Shown here one piece after another: positions 42,553 through 58,296 of a DNA stretch of 64,000 nt. The DNA is from Eledone cirrhosa. Lineage: Eukaryota. The notes beneath the pieces were generated by a model. That model saw nothing but the letters and a program-made list of their open reading frames with translations, was not told the DNA's origin and did no database searches. Position 1 is the first letter of the stretch, and the number at the start of each line of letters is the position of its first letter. The stretch covers positions 1,736,001 through 1,800,000 of the forward strand of contig OZ024760.1 in assembly GCA_964016885.1 (NCBI GenBank). Direction: 5' to 3'. The translations under genes and the position numbers were made by a program.

Positions 42553-42734
42553 AATAATTGTTTCTTCTTTAGGCACAAGGCCAGCAATTATCCCAGTGTA
42601 TTACTGGTACTTTATTTTATCGACCCCGTAAGGATGAAAGGCAAAGTTAGCCTCGGCAGGATTTGAACTCAAACTTTAAAGGGTCGTAACTCTATGCTGC
42701 AAAGCATGGTGTCTGACCCTCTACCAATACTGCA
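42553..42734 (-). mobile_element. Family A SINE, near full length
   Basis: Reverse complement of the copies at 45264 and 56255. Confidence 0.85.
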
Positions 42735-42749
42735 AGGGAACAAAAAAGC

Positions 42750-43407
<658 letters not shown>

Positions 43408-44890
43408 TTATAATTACTAACAGAAAACCACCCGAAGGGTGGTTTTCTGCTAGCATGTGTAGTGTGTATATTGATATTATACGCAAGTATATATACATGT
43501 AGATATGATACATCAAATAAAATCGTAATTGACGATATACACAGAAATTGAACGAAGACTGCGTTACACTGTCTTATGTAATCAGTAACGTAATCCATGA
43601 TACATTTAAAAACGACGATATTATATATAAACTGCATTAGGAGAAAATTAGCGATAGACATATATGAATGTTTATTTAAGCGATTGCTAACCGGAAGTGT
43701 TGACATTTGAAAATTTTAAAGAAGTGAATCTTAAAATAAGCAACAAAATTATTTATATCTAATCAAGAATAACGAAATTTAGTAGATACATTATGTAATA
43801 TTTATTCATTATTTATTGAAAGTAATCCAACTTATTTTAAAAACAGGATCAAAAATTATATTCTGGACGCAGTCCCACACTCCTTACTTTCTTATAGTTT
43901 AGATGTAAGAAAGAAGGAAGGAAAAGAATATCTAGCTTGAAAAGCTAGATATTTTTTTCAAACTTTTTTCCACCACTACCACCATCACCTCCACCACCCC
44001 AATCACCACTACCATCCCCATCACCACTACCACCTTCACCCCCCCCCCCCCAACATCACCATCACCACCATTGTCACCACCACCACCATCACCACCACCA
44101 TCACCACCACCACCACCACCATCCACACACCACTGTTGTCACCACCACCACCACCACCATCTTCCCCCAATGGAGCAGAGTGCAGTTTGAAGAGAAGGGA
44201 GAGGAGGAGACTAAGCATTGGGACTACATGTATCGGGGTGGGGGAGCAGTGGGTGGTGATGTGTAAAGTGGGTGTGTAGGGGTGGGGATGGGTGAGTTGA
44301 GGTGAGAGGAAGTGGTGGGGTGGGGTTAATAAGGTTTAGTAATGGAAAAAAATTAGGTGATAACCTAGAAATTAAAATTGGGTAACAGGGATTCAGTTTA
44401 CATAGTGGTGATGGTGGTGGTGGTGGTGGTAGTGGTATTGGTGGTGGTGGTAGTGGTGGTGGTGGTGGTAGTGGTATTGGTGGTGGTGGTAGTGGTGGTG
44501 GTGGTGGTATTGGTGGTGGTGGTAGTGGTGGTGGTGGTGGTAGTGGTATTGGTGGTGGTGGTAGTGGTGGTGGTAGTGGTATTCGTGATGGTGGTGGTGG
44601 TGGTGGTAGTGGTGATGGTGGTGGTGGTGGTGGTGGTGGTGGTGGTATTGGTGATGGTGGTGGTGGTGGTATTGGTGGTGGTAGTGGTATTGGTGATGGT
44701 GGTGGTGGTGGTGGTAGTGGTGATGATGGTGGTGGTGGTGGTGGTGGTGGTGGTATTGGTGATGGTGGTATTGGTGGTGGTAGTGGTATTGGTGATGGTG
44801 GTGGTGGTGGTAGTGGTGATGGTGGTGGTGGTGGTGGTAGTGGTGGTGGTGGTAGTAGTGATGGTGGTGGTGGTAGTGGTGATGGTAGTA

Positions 44891-44921
<31 letters not shown>

Positions 44922-45263
44922 AAGTAGTAGTAGTAGTAGTATTTGTTGTTGTTGTTGTTGTGTTGCTGTTATAGTAGTAGTAGTAGAAGTAGTAGTAGTA
45001 GTAGTAGTAGTATTTGTTGTCATTGTTACCTAGCTGTTATTGTTGTGGTCTTTGTAGCTGTGAAAAATGCTTTTCATCAAGAGAAGCTCACCTTACATAT
45101 TTTTTTGCTGGGGATAGGAAGTGTGTGTGTGTGTGAATAAAGGGGAGTGTCCCTCACCCCAGCCCCTTCCTGAAGCAGAATCCTTTAATTTTCTTCCTTT
45201 GCGCTAAAGGTAGGCAATTTGACACAAACTTCTAAATAACATACATAATCATTATTATTACAC

Positions 45264-45450
45264 TGGATTGGCAGTATCGGTAGAGGGTCGGACGCCATGC
45301 TTTCCAGCATAGTTACGTCCCTTTACGATCTGAGTTCAAATCCCGCCGAGGTTGACTTTGCCTTTCATCCTTACGGGGTCGATAAAATAAAGTACCAGTA
45401 ATGCACTGGGTAATTGCTGGCCTTGTGCCTAAAGTAGAAACAATTATTAT
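45264..45450 (+). mobile_element. Family A SINE, full length
   Basis: A box TGGCAGTATCGG, B box GAGTTCAAATCC, (ATT)n tail. Confidence 0.87.
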
Positions 45451-45792
45451 TACACACAGACACACAGACACATATAGGAGCTCAGCCGTCGGGGTCCTGA
45501 ATCTTTTCCTATATATATATTTATATATATATGTCATCATCATCATCATCATCATCGTTTAACGTCTATCTTCCACGCTAGCATGGGTTAGATGAGAGTT
45601 GTCCCACTTGAAGCAAGGTTGGTCGGGTGACCGTGTCTTGCTCATATAGGACTATCTGGCAGGTTTTCTACGGCTGGATGCCCTTCCTAACACCAACCAC
45701 ATTTACAGTGTAGAACTGGGAACTTTTTACCATGTTACCTACACGGACACATTACAGCGTGGACTGTGTGTTTTTTTGTCATGACACCTACA

Positions 45793-46132
45793 CATCATCA
45801 TCATTTTACGTCCGCTTTTCCCTGCTTGCAAGGGTGGGGCGGGAACTGATTCTGGCTTGATTTCGACAGCTGGATGCCCTTCTTAACACGAACCTCATTT
45901 ACAGTGAGTGCTGGGTGCTTTTTTGCCGTGGCACCTACACGACCACTTTGCAGTGGAATGATAGGGACCCCAGTCCCTATCATCTCATTTCTACAGCTGA
46001 GTAAACTGGAGCAATGTGAAATAAAGTGTCTTGCTCAAGGAAACAACACATCACCCGGTCTGAGAATTGGAGAATTGAACTCACAACCTTTCGATTGCAA
46101 GGCCAATGCTCTAACCACTAAGCCATGTGCCT

Positions 46133-46134
<2 letters not shown>
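45793..46134 (-). mobile_element. CORE-type tRNA SINE, family B, full length
   Basis: GGAGGCACATGGCTTAGTGG head, GAGTTCAATTC B box, CCTTGAGCAAGACACTT core, RTE-like tail and (TGA)n. Confidence 0.88.
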
Positions 46135-46219
<85 letters not shown>

Positions 46220-46289
46220 ATATATAATATATATATATACACACACAATGCTTATATACAATATACCATGAAGAACTCAGAGCCTCCCA

Positions 46290-46548
46290 AAAGTCAGCTC
46301 AAATGTGACACAGAGGAGACTGGGGTTAGCTGGACATGCTCATCGACATCCAGAGTTGACACTGCACTCTGTGCTCCTGTGGGAGCCCCTACACGGACAC
46401 ACTAGAAGAGGGAGACCAAAGTTAACATATGTTGATGCCCTAAGGACAGACACTGGTCTGTTGGAGACCAGGAGATGGCAGCGATAATGAGGGACAGAGA
46501 CCGCTGGAGAGAACTCGTCCATGGATCTCGGGAATTTTACCCGCCCTA
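46290..46548 (+). mobile_element. 3' fragment of another RTE-like LINE
   Basis: RRLGLAGHAHRH..LLWEP..RRGRPKLTYVD C-terminal motif. Confidence 0.7.
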
Positions 46549-46818
46549 GATAGATAGATACATATATATATATATAATTGTGTGTGTGTCTGTATGTGTA
46601 TATATATTTCAAATATAGACTCTTAGCTCTCTTTGTTAGACATACACTTCAAACCATATCTCATTGTGTTATTCTGAGCAAACGGGTTTATGGCTAATAC
46701 TAACTATAACCTCGTCACTATATATATATATATATATTATGGACTGTCAGTTGTAAAGCAGATAAAAAGCAGCACTCAACGACCTGTATAAATGATACAA
46801 GTCAGAGCATTATACATA

Positions 46819-47280
46819 AATAAAATATTGGCGGCCATATTCAGTTGATTCAGGTTTATTTAAAACTCTGTTATATGTATGTCACTGAGGAGCTCAGGCT
46901 ATCTGCCATCTGAAGAGCTCAGGCTATCTAGCCTGAGCTCTTCAGATGGCAAAAACCTAAAATAAACATTGAAAGTTTTTAAGAAACATTTAAATTTGGA
47001 AAAATCAAGTAATTTCCCCCAAAATGATTTTCTTTTTATGATACAAGGGGCCATTGTTTCTTTGACAGCCGGCCCCTTGTATCTCGAAAAGAAAATATTT
47101 TTGGGGAAAATTACTTGATTTTTCCAAATTTAAATGTTTCTTAGGAACTTTCAATGTTTATTTTAGGTTTTTGCCATCTGAAGAGCTGAGGCTATCTTAA
47201 CTGATAGTCCTCAGTGACATACAAATAACAGAGTTTTAAATAAACCTGAATCAACTGAATATGGCCTCCGATATTTTATT
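46819..47280. repeat. Imperfect palindrome of about 460 bp with a nested 48-bp hairpin (46904-46951)
   Basis: Arms pair from AATAAAATAT to GATACAAGGGGCC / GGCCCCTTGTATC. Loop 47053-47070. Confidence 0.88.
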
Positions 47281-47354
47281 AATATATATATATATAATAG
47301 TTAAAAAGAGGATTAACACAGGGAAACTGAAAATGATATCATGTATACTTGTCT

Positions 47355-47401
<47 letters not shown>

Positions 47402-47718
47402 CAAAGAGGGTGTGGTAAGATACCAGGTGGACCATAACACACCTGAGTACTAATTCTGATCTAAATATAGAAACAGCCGGAGCTCAGCCATCGGGATCTT
47501 GACTCTTTTCCTATATATATATATATATATATATAACGAAGGAAATGTGGTAAGGAACCAGGTGGACCATAACGCACCAAAGTACTCAATACTTAGGGTA
47601 GTAGAGTGGGTAATAGGAACAAGTAAGACCCCGACGGCTGAGCTCAAGCCGTTTCGACGGCTAATTCAGAATTAGCCGTCGAAACGGCTTGAGCTCAGCC
47701 GTCGGGGTCATACTTGTT

Positions 47719-47769
<51 letters not shown>

Positions 47770-47809
47770 GATATTAAACAAATGGAAACTATATTTATAA
47801 AACCATATT

Positions 47810-47875
47810 TATTTCATTATACATATTTCAGGGATACCATATTAAAAATATGGCATGCCTTCTTCAGATAAAATA
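47810..47875 (-). ncRNA. Minimal type I hammerhead motif within element 47768-48030
   Basis: Minus strand: TATTTTAT-CTGAAGA-AGGCATGCCATATT...AATATGGTATCCCT-GAAA-TATGTA-TA-ATGAAATA. Confidence 0.78.
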
Positions 47876-48026
47876 CAATATATAAACAGTTTTATAAATA
47901 AATTTGACGTACCATAAATATTGATCAACATTTAATATCGTATATCTACTCCAAAACTTGTTGAGTGCTTTATATCAGTTATAAAATATTTACTTGTTGT
48001 AACCCAACAATTTTAAATAAAACTTT

Positions 48027-48122
<96 letters not shown>

Positions 48123-48124
48123 GA

Positions 48125-48456
<332 letters not shown>

Positions 48457-49616
48457 CATACATACATACATATGTACACGCCTTCACATATATATATATA
48501 ATTAGGAGGCGAAGCTAGTTGAATAGAACAGACATAGCTTTGGCCGTTTCCTCACTCAATGGAGAACTAAGTTGGCATTATTAAAATTGCAACCCAGCAG
48601 GCAAGAGTGCACACTGCCTGGCCCTCTAAAACCCTTACCAAAAGCATAATACATTCTACCAAGTCATACTCAATTGGAGCTGATTTTTTTACATTAATAA
48701 TTTAAAAATTCATGTTTTATTTTGAGTAAAATTTTATATTAGGGATGACAACAATGGTGATGATGATGATGATGATGACGGGGCGTGGGGTGGGTGATGG
48801 TGATAATGATGGTGATGGTGATGACAATGATAATGGTGATGATAATGATGAGGGTGATGGTGGCGATGATAGTGATGATGGTGATGGTGATAGTGATGAT
48901 GATAGTGATGGTGATGATGATGATGATGGTGATGACAATGATGGTGATGACAGTAGTAATGGTGATGGTGATGGTGATGATACTGGTGATGATGATGATG
49001 GTGATGACAGTGGTAATGGTGACAATGATGATGGTGATGGTGATGGTGATGACAGTGGTGATGGTGACAATGATGGTGATGGTGATGACAGTGGTAATGG
49101 TGACAATGGTGATGATGGTGATGGTGATGGTGACAATGATGGTGATGGTGATGACAGTGGTGATGGTGACAATGATGATGATGGTGATGGTGACAATGAT
49201 GGTGATGGTGATGACAGTGGTGATGGTGACAATGATGGTGATGGTGACAATGATGGTGATGGTGATGACAGTGGTGATGGTGATGGTGATGGTGATGGTG
49301 ATGGTGATGACAGTGGTGATGGTGATGGTGACAATGGTGGTGATGGTGATGACAGTGGTGATGGTGATGGTGATGACAAATGCCGAGGAAAAGCATCCCA
49401 CTCCCCAGGAGCAGGAACTCCTGTAATAACAGGGTTCTGGATTTCTTAGGAAGTGGTAAACTTCCTGTTTGAAATCTCCATTATTCCAGCCTCCACCCAC
49501 ACACTGACACCACCACCACCACCACCACCACCACCACTCTCTACCACCACCACCACCACCACCCACTACCACCACCACCACCACCCTCTACCACCACCAC
49601 CACCCACTACCACCAC

Positions 49617-49647
<31 letters not shown>

Positions 49648-50102
49648 ACTGTCTACCACCACCACCACCACCACCCACTACCACCACCACCTCCCACTAC
49701 CACCAACTACTACTACCACCATCCCCACCACTGATAGCCCCACCGCCACCATCCTTCACAACCAGAGGCACCCTCACCCTGCCGTTTATCACAACACTTC
49801 CTTCCTCCCCCATGGAGTCACGTCCTGAAACCCTGCCGAACCCCACCATAGGTAATGGCTGTGGGGTGTGGTGTGGTGGGGAGTAGTGCTGGTGGTGGAG
49901 ATGGCTGGGATGGCGGCAGTGGTGTAGTAGTAGTTGTGGTGGTGGTGGTGGTGGAGGTGGTAGAGACTGTGTTGTGATGGTGGTGGTGGCGGCAGTGGTG
50001 TGTAGTAGTTGTAGCAGTGGTGGTGGTGGTGGTGGAGGTGGCAGAGACTGTGTTGTGATGGTGGTGGTGGTGGCAGTGGTGTAGTAGTAGTGGCAGTGGT
50101 GT

Positions 50103-50134
<32 letters not shown>

Positions 50135-50688
50135 GGTGGTGATTGTGTGTAGTAATAATAGTGGTGGTGGTAGTAATAGTAGTAGTGATGGTGTGTGGTA
50201 GTAGTGGTGGTGGTAGTAGTAGTATTGGCGGTGGTGTGGTGTGGTGGTGTGCAGGTGGTAAATTGTATTAGCTAGAGAGCAATGTCTTTTGTCTTGGATG
50301 CACTCCTCATGCACCCTCCCCCCACACACACTCCTCATGCACTTCCCCCACTCCTCCCTCACTCCCTCCATCCCTCACACACTGTAACCTGATATGTTCA
50401 CTCAGAAAACCAACAGTCATCTTCCACAAACAGGGGTGAGGGTAGAGGAGGAGGGGGAGGCAGTGGTGGTGAGGGTAGGGGACACAACAAAGAAATCATG
50501 GTTGGCTATAGTATCATTAATTATGATGTTGATGACGATGATGATGATGATGATGATGATGTTGATGATGATGATGATGATGTTGATGATGTTGATGACG
50601 ATGATGATGATGTTGATGATGATGATGATGTTGATGTTGATGATGATGTTGATGATGATGATGATGATGTTGATGATGATGATGATGT

Positions 50689-50723
<35 letters not shown>

Positions 50724-51272
50724 TTGATGATGTTGATGATGTTGATGATGATGACGATGATGACGACGATGCTGATGATGACGATGATGATGATGTTGAT
50801 AATGTTGATGATGATGATGTTGATGATGTTGATGACGATGCTGATGATGATGATGTTGATGACGATGATGTTGATGATGATGATGTTGATGATGATGATG
50901 TTGATGTTGATGATGATGATGATGATGATGATGATGTTGATGTTGATGATGATGACGTTGATGATGATGATGATGTTGATGATGATGATGACGATGTTGA
51001 TGATGATGATGATGATGTTGATGATGTTGATGATGATGACGATGATGTTGATGAGGAGGAGGTTGTAATGATAAAGGGCCGTAACTCCAAAGCATGGTGT
51101 CCGACGCTCTATCATTTCTGCCAATCAACCAATAATAAAAACAATTGTTTCTGATAAAGACACAAGGTGAACAATTTTAGGGAAGGAGAAAGTTGATTAA
51201 ATTGACCCCCAGTACATTACTGGTACTTTATGTTAATATATCTGGCCTCCTGTCATTTCACTTTATAATAAT

Positions 51273-51323
<51 letters not shown>

Positions 51324-51499
51324 AACGAAGGAAGTGTGGTAAGGAACCAGGTAGACCATAACACACCAGAATACTCAATACTTTGGGTAGTAGAGTGGGT
51401 AATAGGAAAAGAGCCAGGACCCCGACGGCTATTTCTGGACTAGTCCAGAAATAGCCGTCGAAACGGCTTGAGCTCTGTCATCGGAGTCCTGACTCTTTT

Positions 51500-51535
<36 letters not shown>

Positions 51536-51605
51536 CGGAACAAGTAAACATTAAACAATGTTTTAAATAAATTAAAATACGATTTAAATATTTACCTCTT
51601 CTAGT

Positions 51606-51685
51606 GCCATGACCGACGGTTTCGCTTATCAAAAGATTGGAAATTCAGAGAATTTCCAATGGAAAGATATAGCTCTTCAGATAAC
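51606..51685 (-). ncRNA. Type I hammerhead motif with canonical core and GUC site
   Basis: Minus strand: GTTAT-CTGAAGA-GCT...ATTGGAAATTC-TCT-GAATTTCCAAT...AGC-GAAA-CCGTCGG-TC-ATGGC. G10.1-C11.1 pair intact, 5-bp stem I with two G-U pairs. Confidence 0.78.
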
Positions 51686-53088
51686 TTTCCCAAATCTACT
51701 AGACATAAGTCCGCCTTATTATTATAGACACCATATATATTTCCTTGGGTACCTAGTACCTACTGGGATATCTATATCATTTATATATATATATATATAT
51801 ATGTGTGTGTGAGTGAAGGCGTGTGGCTGATTGGTTAGAGAATTGGATTCACAATCATGAGGTTGTGAGTTCAATTCCTGGACCAGGCGATGTGTTATGT
51901 CCTTGAGCAATACACTTTATTTCACGTTGATCTGTCTACCTGGAGTTGTGACCGATAGATAGTATTAGCAATTGAAAAGACCAATGGAAACATTGTTTGC
52001 CCGGTCCGATTTGACGAAGTCTATCAACTGTCGATATATATATTAGTTTCCCTCCTGTTTATGGTGGAGCTGATAACATTGTTAGAGCTCAATGTGGCCT
52101 TGAAAAGATGGTTTCAGCAAGATTAGGTAGTGAGTGCCATAGTTTGTGTGATTGGTGCTTATTACGTAAGGTTTTATATATATATAAAGTTGAAAAAGTG
52201 TCCCGCATGGCTAAGAACATACAAAATAAATAAATTAAAAAAAGGTTGATGAAACAACAGAAGAAACAGATGAAACAGAGGTCAGTTCCTTCTCATCAGT
52301 AAACAACTGGGGTTCCTTGTGGTTTCAGTACTTTAAGTTCGATACCACTAGCTCCTGTGCACATGGGACAGTTTTACAAGACTGTTGAACTTAGCACAAC
52401 ATCAAGAGAGGGGTGGTGGTGATGATGTAGATGATGATGGTGTTGGTGGTGATGGAGTTTATAAAGATGATGATGATGCTGATGATGACGATGCTGGTGA
52501 TGATGATGCTGGTGATGGTGGTGATGGAGTTTATAAAGATGATGATGATGCGGATGGTCATGGTGTCGGAGTTTATAATGATGGCGATGATGACAATGCT
52601 GGTGGTGATGATGTGGTGGTGGTGGTGATGATGGAGTTTATAATGATGATGATGATGACCATGCTGGTGGTGATGATGATGATGATGTGATGGTGATGAT
52701 GATGATGATGATGGTGGTATTTATAAAGGTGATGATGATGGTGGTGTTTATAAAGGTGATGATGATGATGATGATGATGGTGGTGGTGTTTATAAAGATG
52801 ATGGTGATGATGATGATGATGATGGTGGTGTTTATAAAGATGATGGTGATGATGATGATGATGGTGGTGGTGTTTATAAAGATGATGGTGATGATGATGA
52901 TGATGATGATGATGGTGGTGTTTATAAAGATGATGGTGATGATGATGATTGTAAAAGACATAAAAGTAAAAATAAAATGAAAACATAAAAAATTAAATAC
53001 TCCCCAATACACAAACACCTAGGAATATGTTTCAAGTTTTTCTGAAGCAAATGTATATACATAATATATATATATATATATATATATA

Positions 53089-53152
<64 letters not shown>

Positions 53153-53172
53153 AAATATATATATTATATATA

Positions 53173-53228
<56 letters not shown>

Positions 53229-53307
53229 TATATATATATACATACATATATATATATATACATACATATATATATATATATATGTATAAATATATATATT
53301 ATATATA

Positions 53308-53365
<58 letters not shown>

Positions 53366-53394
53366 TATATATATATACATACATATATATATAT

Positions 53395-53433
<39 letters not shown>

Positions 53434-53727
53434 GTGTATATAAAAGAAAACATCTGAAGTTGTTGATCAATTAACTAATATTCTAATAGCAACTCATTTC
53501 ATATCAAGTCCCAAAGGAACACCAAAGAAATGGTAAACACACACACACATACTTGTGTGTATGTATGTATGTATGTGTGTGTATATGTATGTATGTGTGT
53601 ATGTATGTATATATGTATGTATGTATGCATGTTTGTATATATGTATATATGTATGTATGTAAGTATGTATGTGTGTATATATATGTGTATATATATATAA
53701 CAAACTTAAGCTCAAATTTTATACATA

Positions 53728-53768
<41 letters not shown>

Positions 53769-53788
53769 GTGTGTGTGTATGTATGTAA

Positions 53789-53877
<89 letters not shown>

Positions 53878-54184
53878 AGTGTGTGTATATATATATGTAT
53901 AATATGTATAAGATATATATAAGATTTGAGCTTAAGTTTATTATATATATATATATACACACATACATACTTACATACATATATATATATTTATATATAT
54001 ATTTATATATTTCTCCTTCTTGCTTTCTACTCTTTACATAAAACAGTCGTTAAATGTTTGCAAGTAAAAAGTAATAAATTTTCATTTAAATCTACTTTGG
54101 CTTCTCTCTATTTCAAAATGTTAATAATATTTTTTTTTAAATTTATCTTTGGATCGTTTCTTTTCCCTTTAATTAAAAAAATAA

Positions 54185-55250
54185 CATCACAGACACACAC
54201 ATACATAAACACACACACATATATATATATGTACATATGCACACACATGCCCTCACACAGATACACACATACATAAACACACACATATATATGTACATAT
54301 ACACACACATGCCCTCACACAGACACACACATACATAAACACACACACATATATATATATGTACATATACACACACATGCCCTCACACAGACACACACAT
54401 ACATAAACACACACACACATATATGTGTACATATGCACACACATGTCCTCACACAGACACACACATACATAAACACACACATACATATATATATATATGA
54501 ACACATATACACACACATGCCCTCACACAGACACACACATACATAAACACACACATACATATATATATGAACACATATACACACACATGCCCTCACACAG
54601 ACACACACATACATAAACACACACATACACATATATATATATGAACACATATACACACACATGACCTCACACAGACACACACATACATAAACACACACAT
54701 ACATATATATGAACACATATACACACACATGCCCTCACACAGACACACACATACATAAACACACACATATATATATGCACATATACACAAACATGTCCTC
54801 ACACAGACACACACATACATAAACACACACATATATATATGCACATGTACACAAACATGTCCTCACACAGACACACACATACATAAACACACACACACAC
54901 ACATATATATATATATGCACATATACACACACATGACCTCACACAGACACACACATACATAAACACACACATACATAAACACACACATACATATATATAT
55001 ATGAACACATATACACACACATGCCCTCACACAGACACACACATACATAAACACACACATACATAAACACATATATATGCACATATACACATACATGCCC
55101 TCATACAGACACACACACATATAAAGACACACATATACACATACTTATACACATACATGCCCTCATACAGACACACACATACATAAACACACACATATAC
55201 ACATACATATACACATACATGCCCTCATACAGACACACACATATACACAT
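54185..55250. repeat. CA-rich minisatellite of about 65-70 bp
   Basis: Recurring CACATGCCCTCACACAGACACACACATACATAAAC. Confidence 0.85.
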
Positions 55251-55524
55251 ATATATATAGGGTAAATGGTATGGAATATAAATGTATATGAAATACCAAA
55301 ATATTTGTTTTAATGGCAGCCATGAAGGACAATTTGTTATTTCTTTTGGGAAAAAGAAATTGCAGTCTTGATTTGAAAAACAGCCATAATAATAATAATA
55401 ATAATAATATATGTGTGTATATAATTATATGTTTATATATATATATATGTGAATATATAATTATATGTTTATATATATATATGTGTGAATATATATATAT
55501 ATATATGTATATATATGCATATAT

Positions 55525-55593
<69 letters not shown>

Positions 55594-55649
55594 TATATAT
55601 ATATATATACATTTCTAAATATATATGTATATATATATGTGTGTATATA

Positions 55650-55680
<31 letters not shown>

Positions 55681-55735
55681 GAATATATATATACATATAT
55701 AAATATATATGTATATATATATATGTGTGTATATA

Positions 55736-55768
<33 letters not shown>

Positions 55769-55831
55769 GAATATATATATACATATATAAATATATATGT
55801 ATATATATATGTGTGTATATATATATATATA

Positions 55832-55873
<42 letters not shown>

Positions 55874-55879
55874 AGTGTG

Positions 55880-55911
<32 letters not shown>

Positions 55912-55937
55912 CACATATAAATATATATGTATATATA

Positions 55938-55987
<50 letters not shown>

Positions 55988-56249
55988 CATATACATATGT
56001 GGGGGTGGGGGTATAAATGGACACAAAATTGTGTAAAGTGATTTTTCAAATTTAGAATAATATTTTTGGAAAAATAATCTTGCCGTATAATGGTGTCTGA
56101 GAGAAAGAAAAAAATAATAAATAATTCTATTTAATTTTTTAAAATGATAAAACTATAACAATGTGTGAACTGAGTTTGTGTGTGTCTGAGTGTGTTTGTG
56201 TGTGTTCGCATATCATCATCATCATTATCATCATCATTATTATTCTATA

Positions 56250-56670
56250 AGGGCGGTGGATTGGCAGTATCGGTAGAGAGTCGGACGCCATGCTTTCCAG
56301 CATAGAGTTACGTCCCTTTACGGTCTGAGTTCAAATCCCGTCGAGGTTAACTTTGCCTTTCATCCTTACGGGGGGTCAACAAAATAAAGTACCAGTAATG
56401 CACTGGTTAATTGCTGGCCTTGTGCCTAAAGTAGAAACAATTATTATTCTATATTAGGCGGCAGTGGATTGGCAGTATCGGTAGAGAGTCGGATGCTATG
56501 CTTTCCAGCATAGAGTTACGTCCCTTTACGGTCTGAGTTCAAATCCCGTCGAGGTTAACTTTGCCTTTCATCCTTACGGGGGGGGGGGGGGTCAACAAAA
56601 TAAAGTACCAGTAATGTACTGGGTAATTGCTGGCCTTGTGCCAAAAAGTAGAAACAATTATTATTCTATA
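56250..56670 (+). mobile_element. Head-to-tail pair of family A SINEs
   Basis: Two near-identical copies of about 200 bp, each followed by ATTATTATTCTATA. Confidence 0.87.
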
Positions 56671-57642
56671 TTTGCACTCTCTTTCTTAGATGGGTCAATG
56701 GACCGTGTCTTGCTAAGATATGCCCCACCATTTTTTTTTTTTTTTTAGTTTTAATTCTAGCATGGTCTTCTATCCAGTTGAATGCTGTCAACCATGGTCT
56801 TTTATCCAGTTGAATGCTGTTCTTAAAGTCAACCATATTTCACTGGCATTAACAAGGGTGGTCATAGCCTTGACATGGCAACCTTGTTCCCTCAATCCTC
56901 TGTTTAGCAGGTTTTCCCACTACACCAGAGGTCACCCACTGGTATCAGTCTGTGGATCATTTGCTACCAAGCCGCAACGAAATAATTAACTTGTTTAAAA
57001 TTATATAATAGATAAATTGAATATTAGATTTTAATTTTAAAAGATTCATTTAAATATTCAATATTCATATACTTTAATAAATTGCTCTTTTTATGGCCCT
57101 TTACGGTAATGTACTGGGGTAATTGCTGGCCTTGTGCCAAAAGTAGAAACATTGCTCTCTTCATTGAAATGCCATTAAATAACACATATGTGAAACCACC
57201 AGTCTGCGGCGGAAAGATTATCTGGCATGAAGCCGGTCTGTGGTATAAAAAAGTATGGGGACCACTGCACTACACAACACCTGCGGGGAGAGGAGCAAAG
57301 TGTCTTCTATCTTAACCTCAACACCTTCAGTATGGCCAATGTCTTGTGAGTGAACATTTTGGAACATTGAAACCATGTAGACACCAGGAAGGACATATGG
57401 CTGTAAAACATCCCATAAAGGCCTTGCAAGGCTGACCCTCAACTGTAAATTGCCTTCAAATACTCGAATATATATATATGCAAAAGTTCTATTTAAAATT
57501 GTTGGGATACAACAAGTAAATATTTTATAACTGATATAAAGCACTCGACAAGTTTTTGGAGTAGATATACGATATTAAATAAATGGAAACTATATTTATA
57601 AAACCATATTTATTTCATTATAGTTTCCATTTATTTAATATC

Positions 57643-57700
<58 letters not shown>

Positions 57701-57920
57701 TTTTCTTCCCCTTTGCTTTCCTTCCCTCCTTCCTTCGTTTTCCTAATAACTTATCCAGTTATTGATGCCCTGGGGTGAAGTGGTATCTTGTCTTTAAAGC
57801 GTAGAAATATCCTAGACCCCCCAGTAGACAACAGATGAGGAACCCCACCTGTTCTTGCTTTCTTTGTATTCCCACTGCATTTTAAGTTACCTTAAATAGC
57901 AACTACACAGCCATTTCTAT

Positions 57921-57951
<31 letters not shown>

Positions 57952-58002
57952 ATATATATATACGATATTAATAAATGGAAACTATATTTATAAAACCATA
58001 TT

Positions 58003-58067
58003 TATTTCATTATACATATTTCAGGGATACCAAATTAAATTATGGTATGCCTTCATCAGACAAAATA
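58003..58067 (-). ncRNA. Minimal type I hammerhead motif within element 57961-58230
   Basis: Minus strand: TATTTTGT-CTGATGA-AGGCATACCA...TGGTATCCCT-GAAA-TATGTA-TA-ATGAAATA. Confidence 0.78.
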
Positions 58068-58229
58068 AAATATATAACAGTTTTACAAATAAGCTTTGAC
58101 ATACCCTTTTAAAATGCAGCCATTATTTTTGGAAGCCATCTGGATACTCCAAATACTTGTCGAGTGCTTTATATCAGTTATAAAAATATTTACTTGTTGT
58201 ATCCCAACAATTTTAAATAGAACTTTTGC

Positions 58230-58296
<67 letters not shown>

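Noticed and set aside
46040-46134. tRNA gene (also at 23215, 48340, 51815)
   Set aside because: A and B boxes run into SINE bodies and no intact cloverleaf is apparent.
49395-49490. Possible missing otoferlin exon (GDFKQEVYHFLRNPEPCYYR); also 57300-57450
   Set aside because: No convincing match to the expected flanking otoferlin peptides and no clear splice sites.
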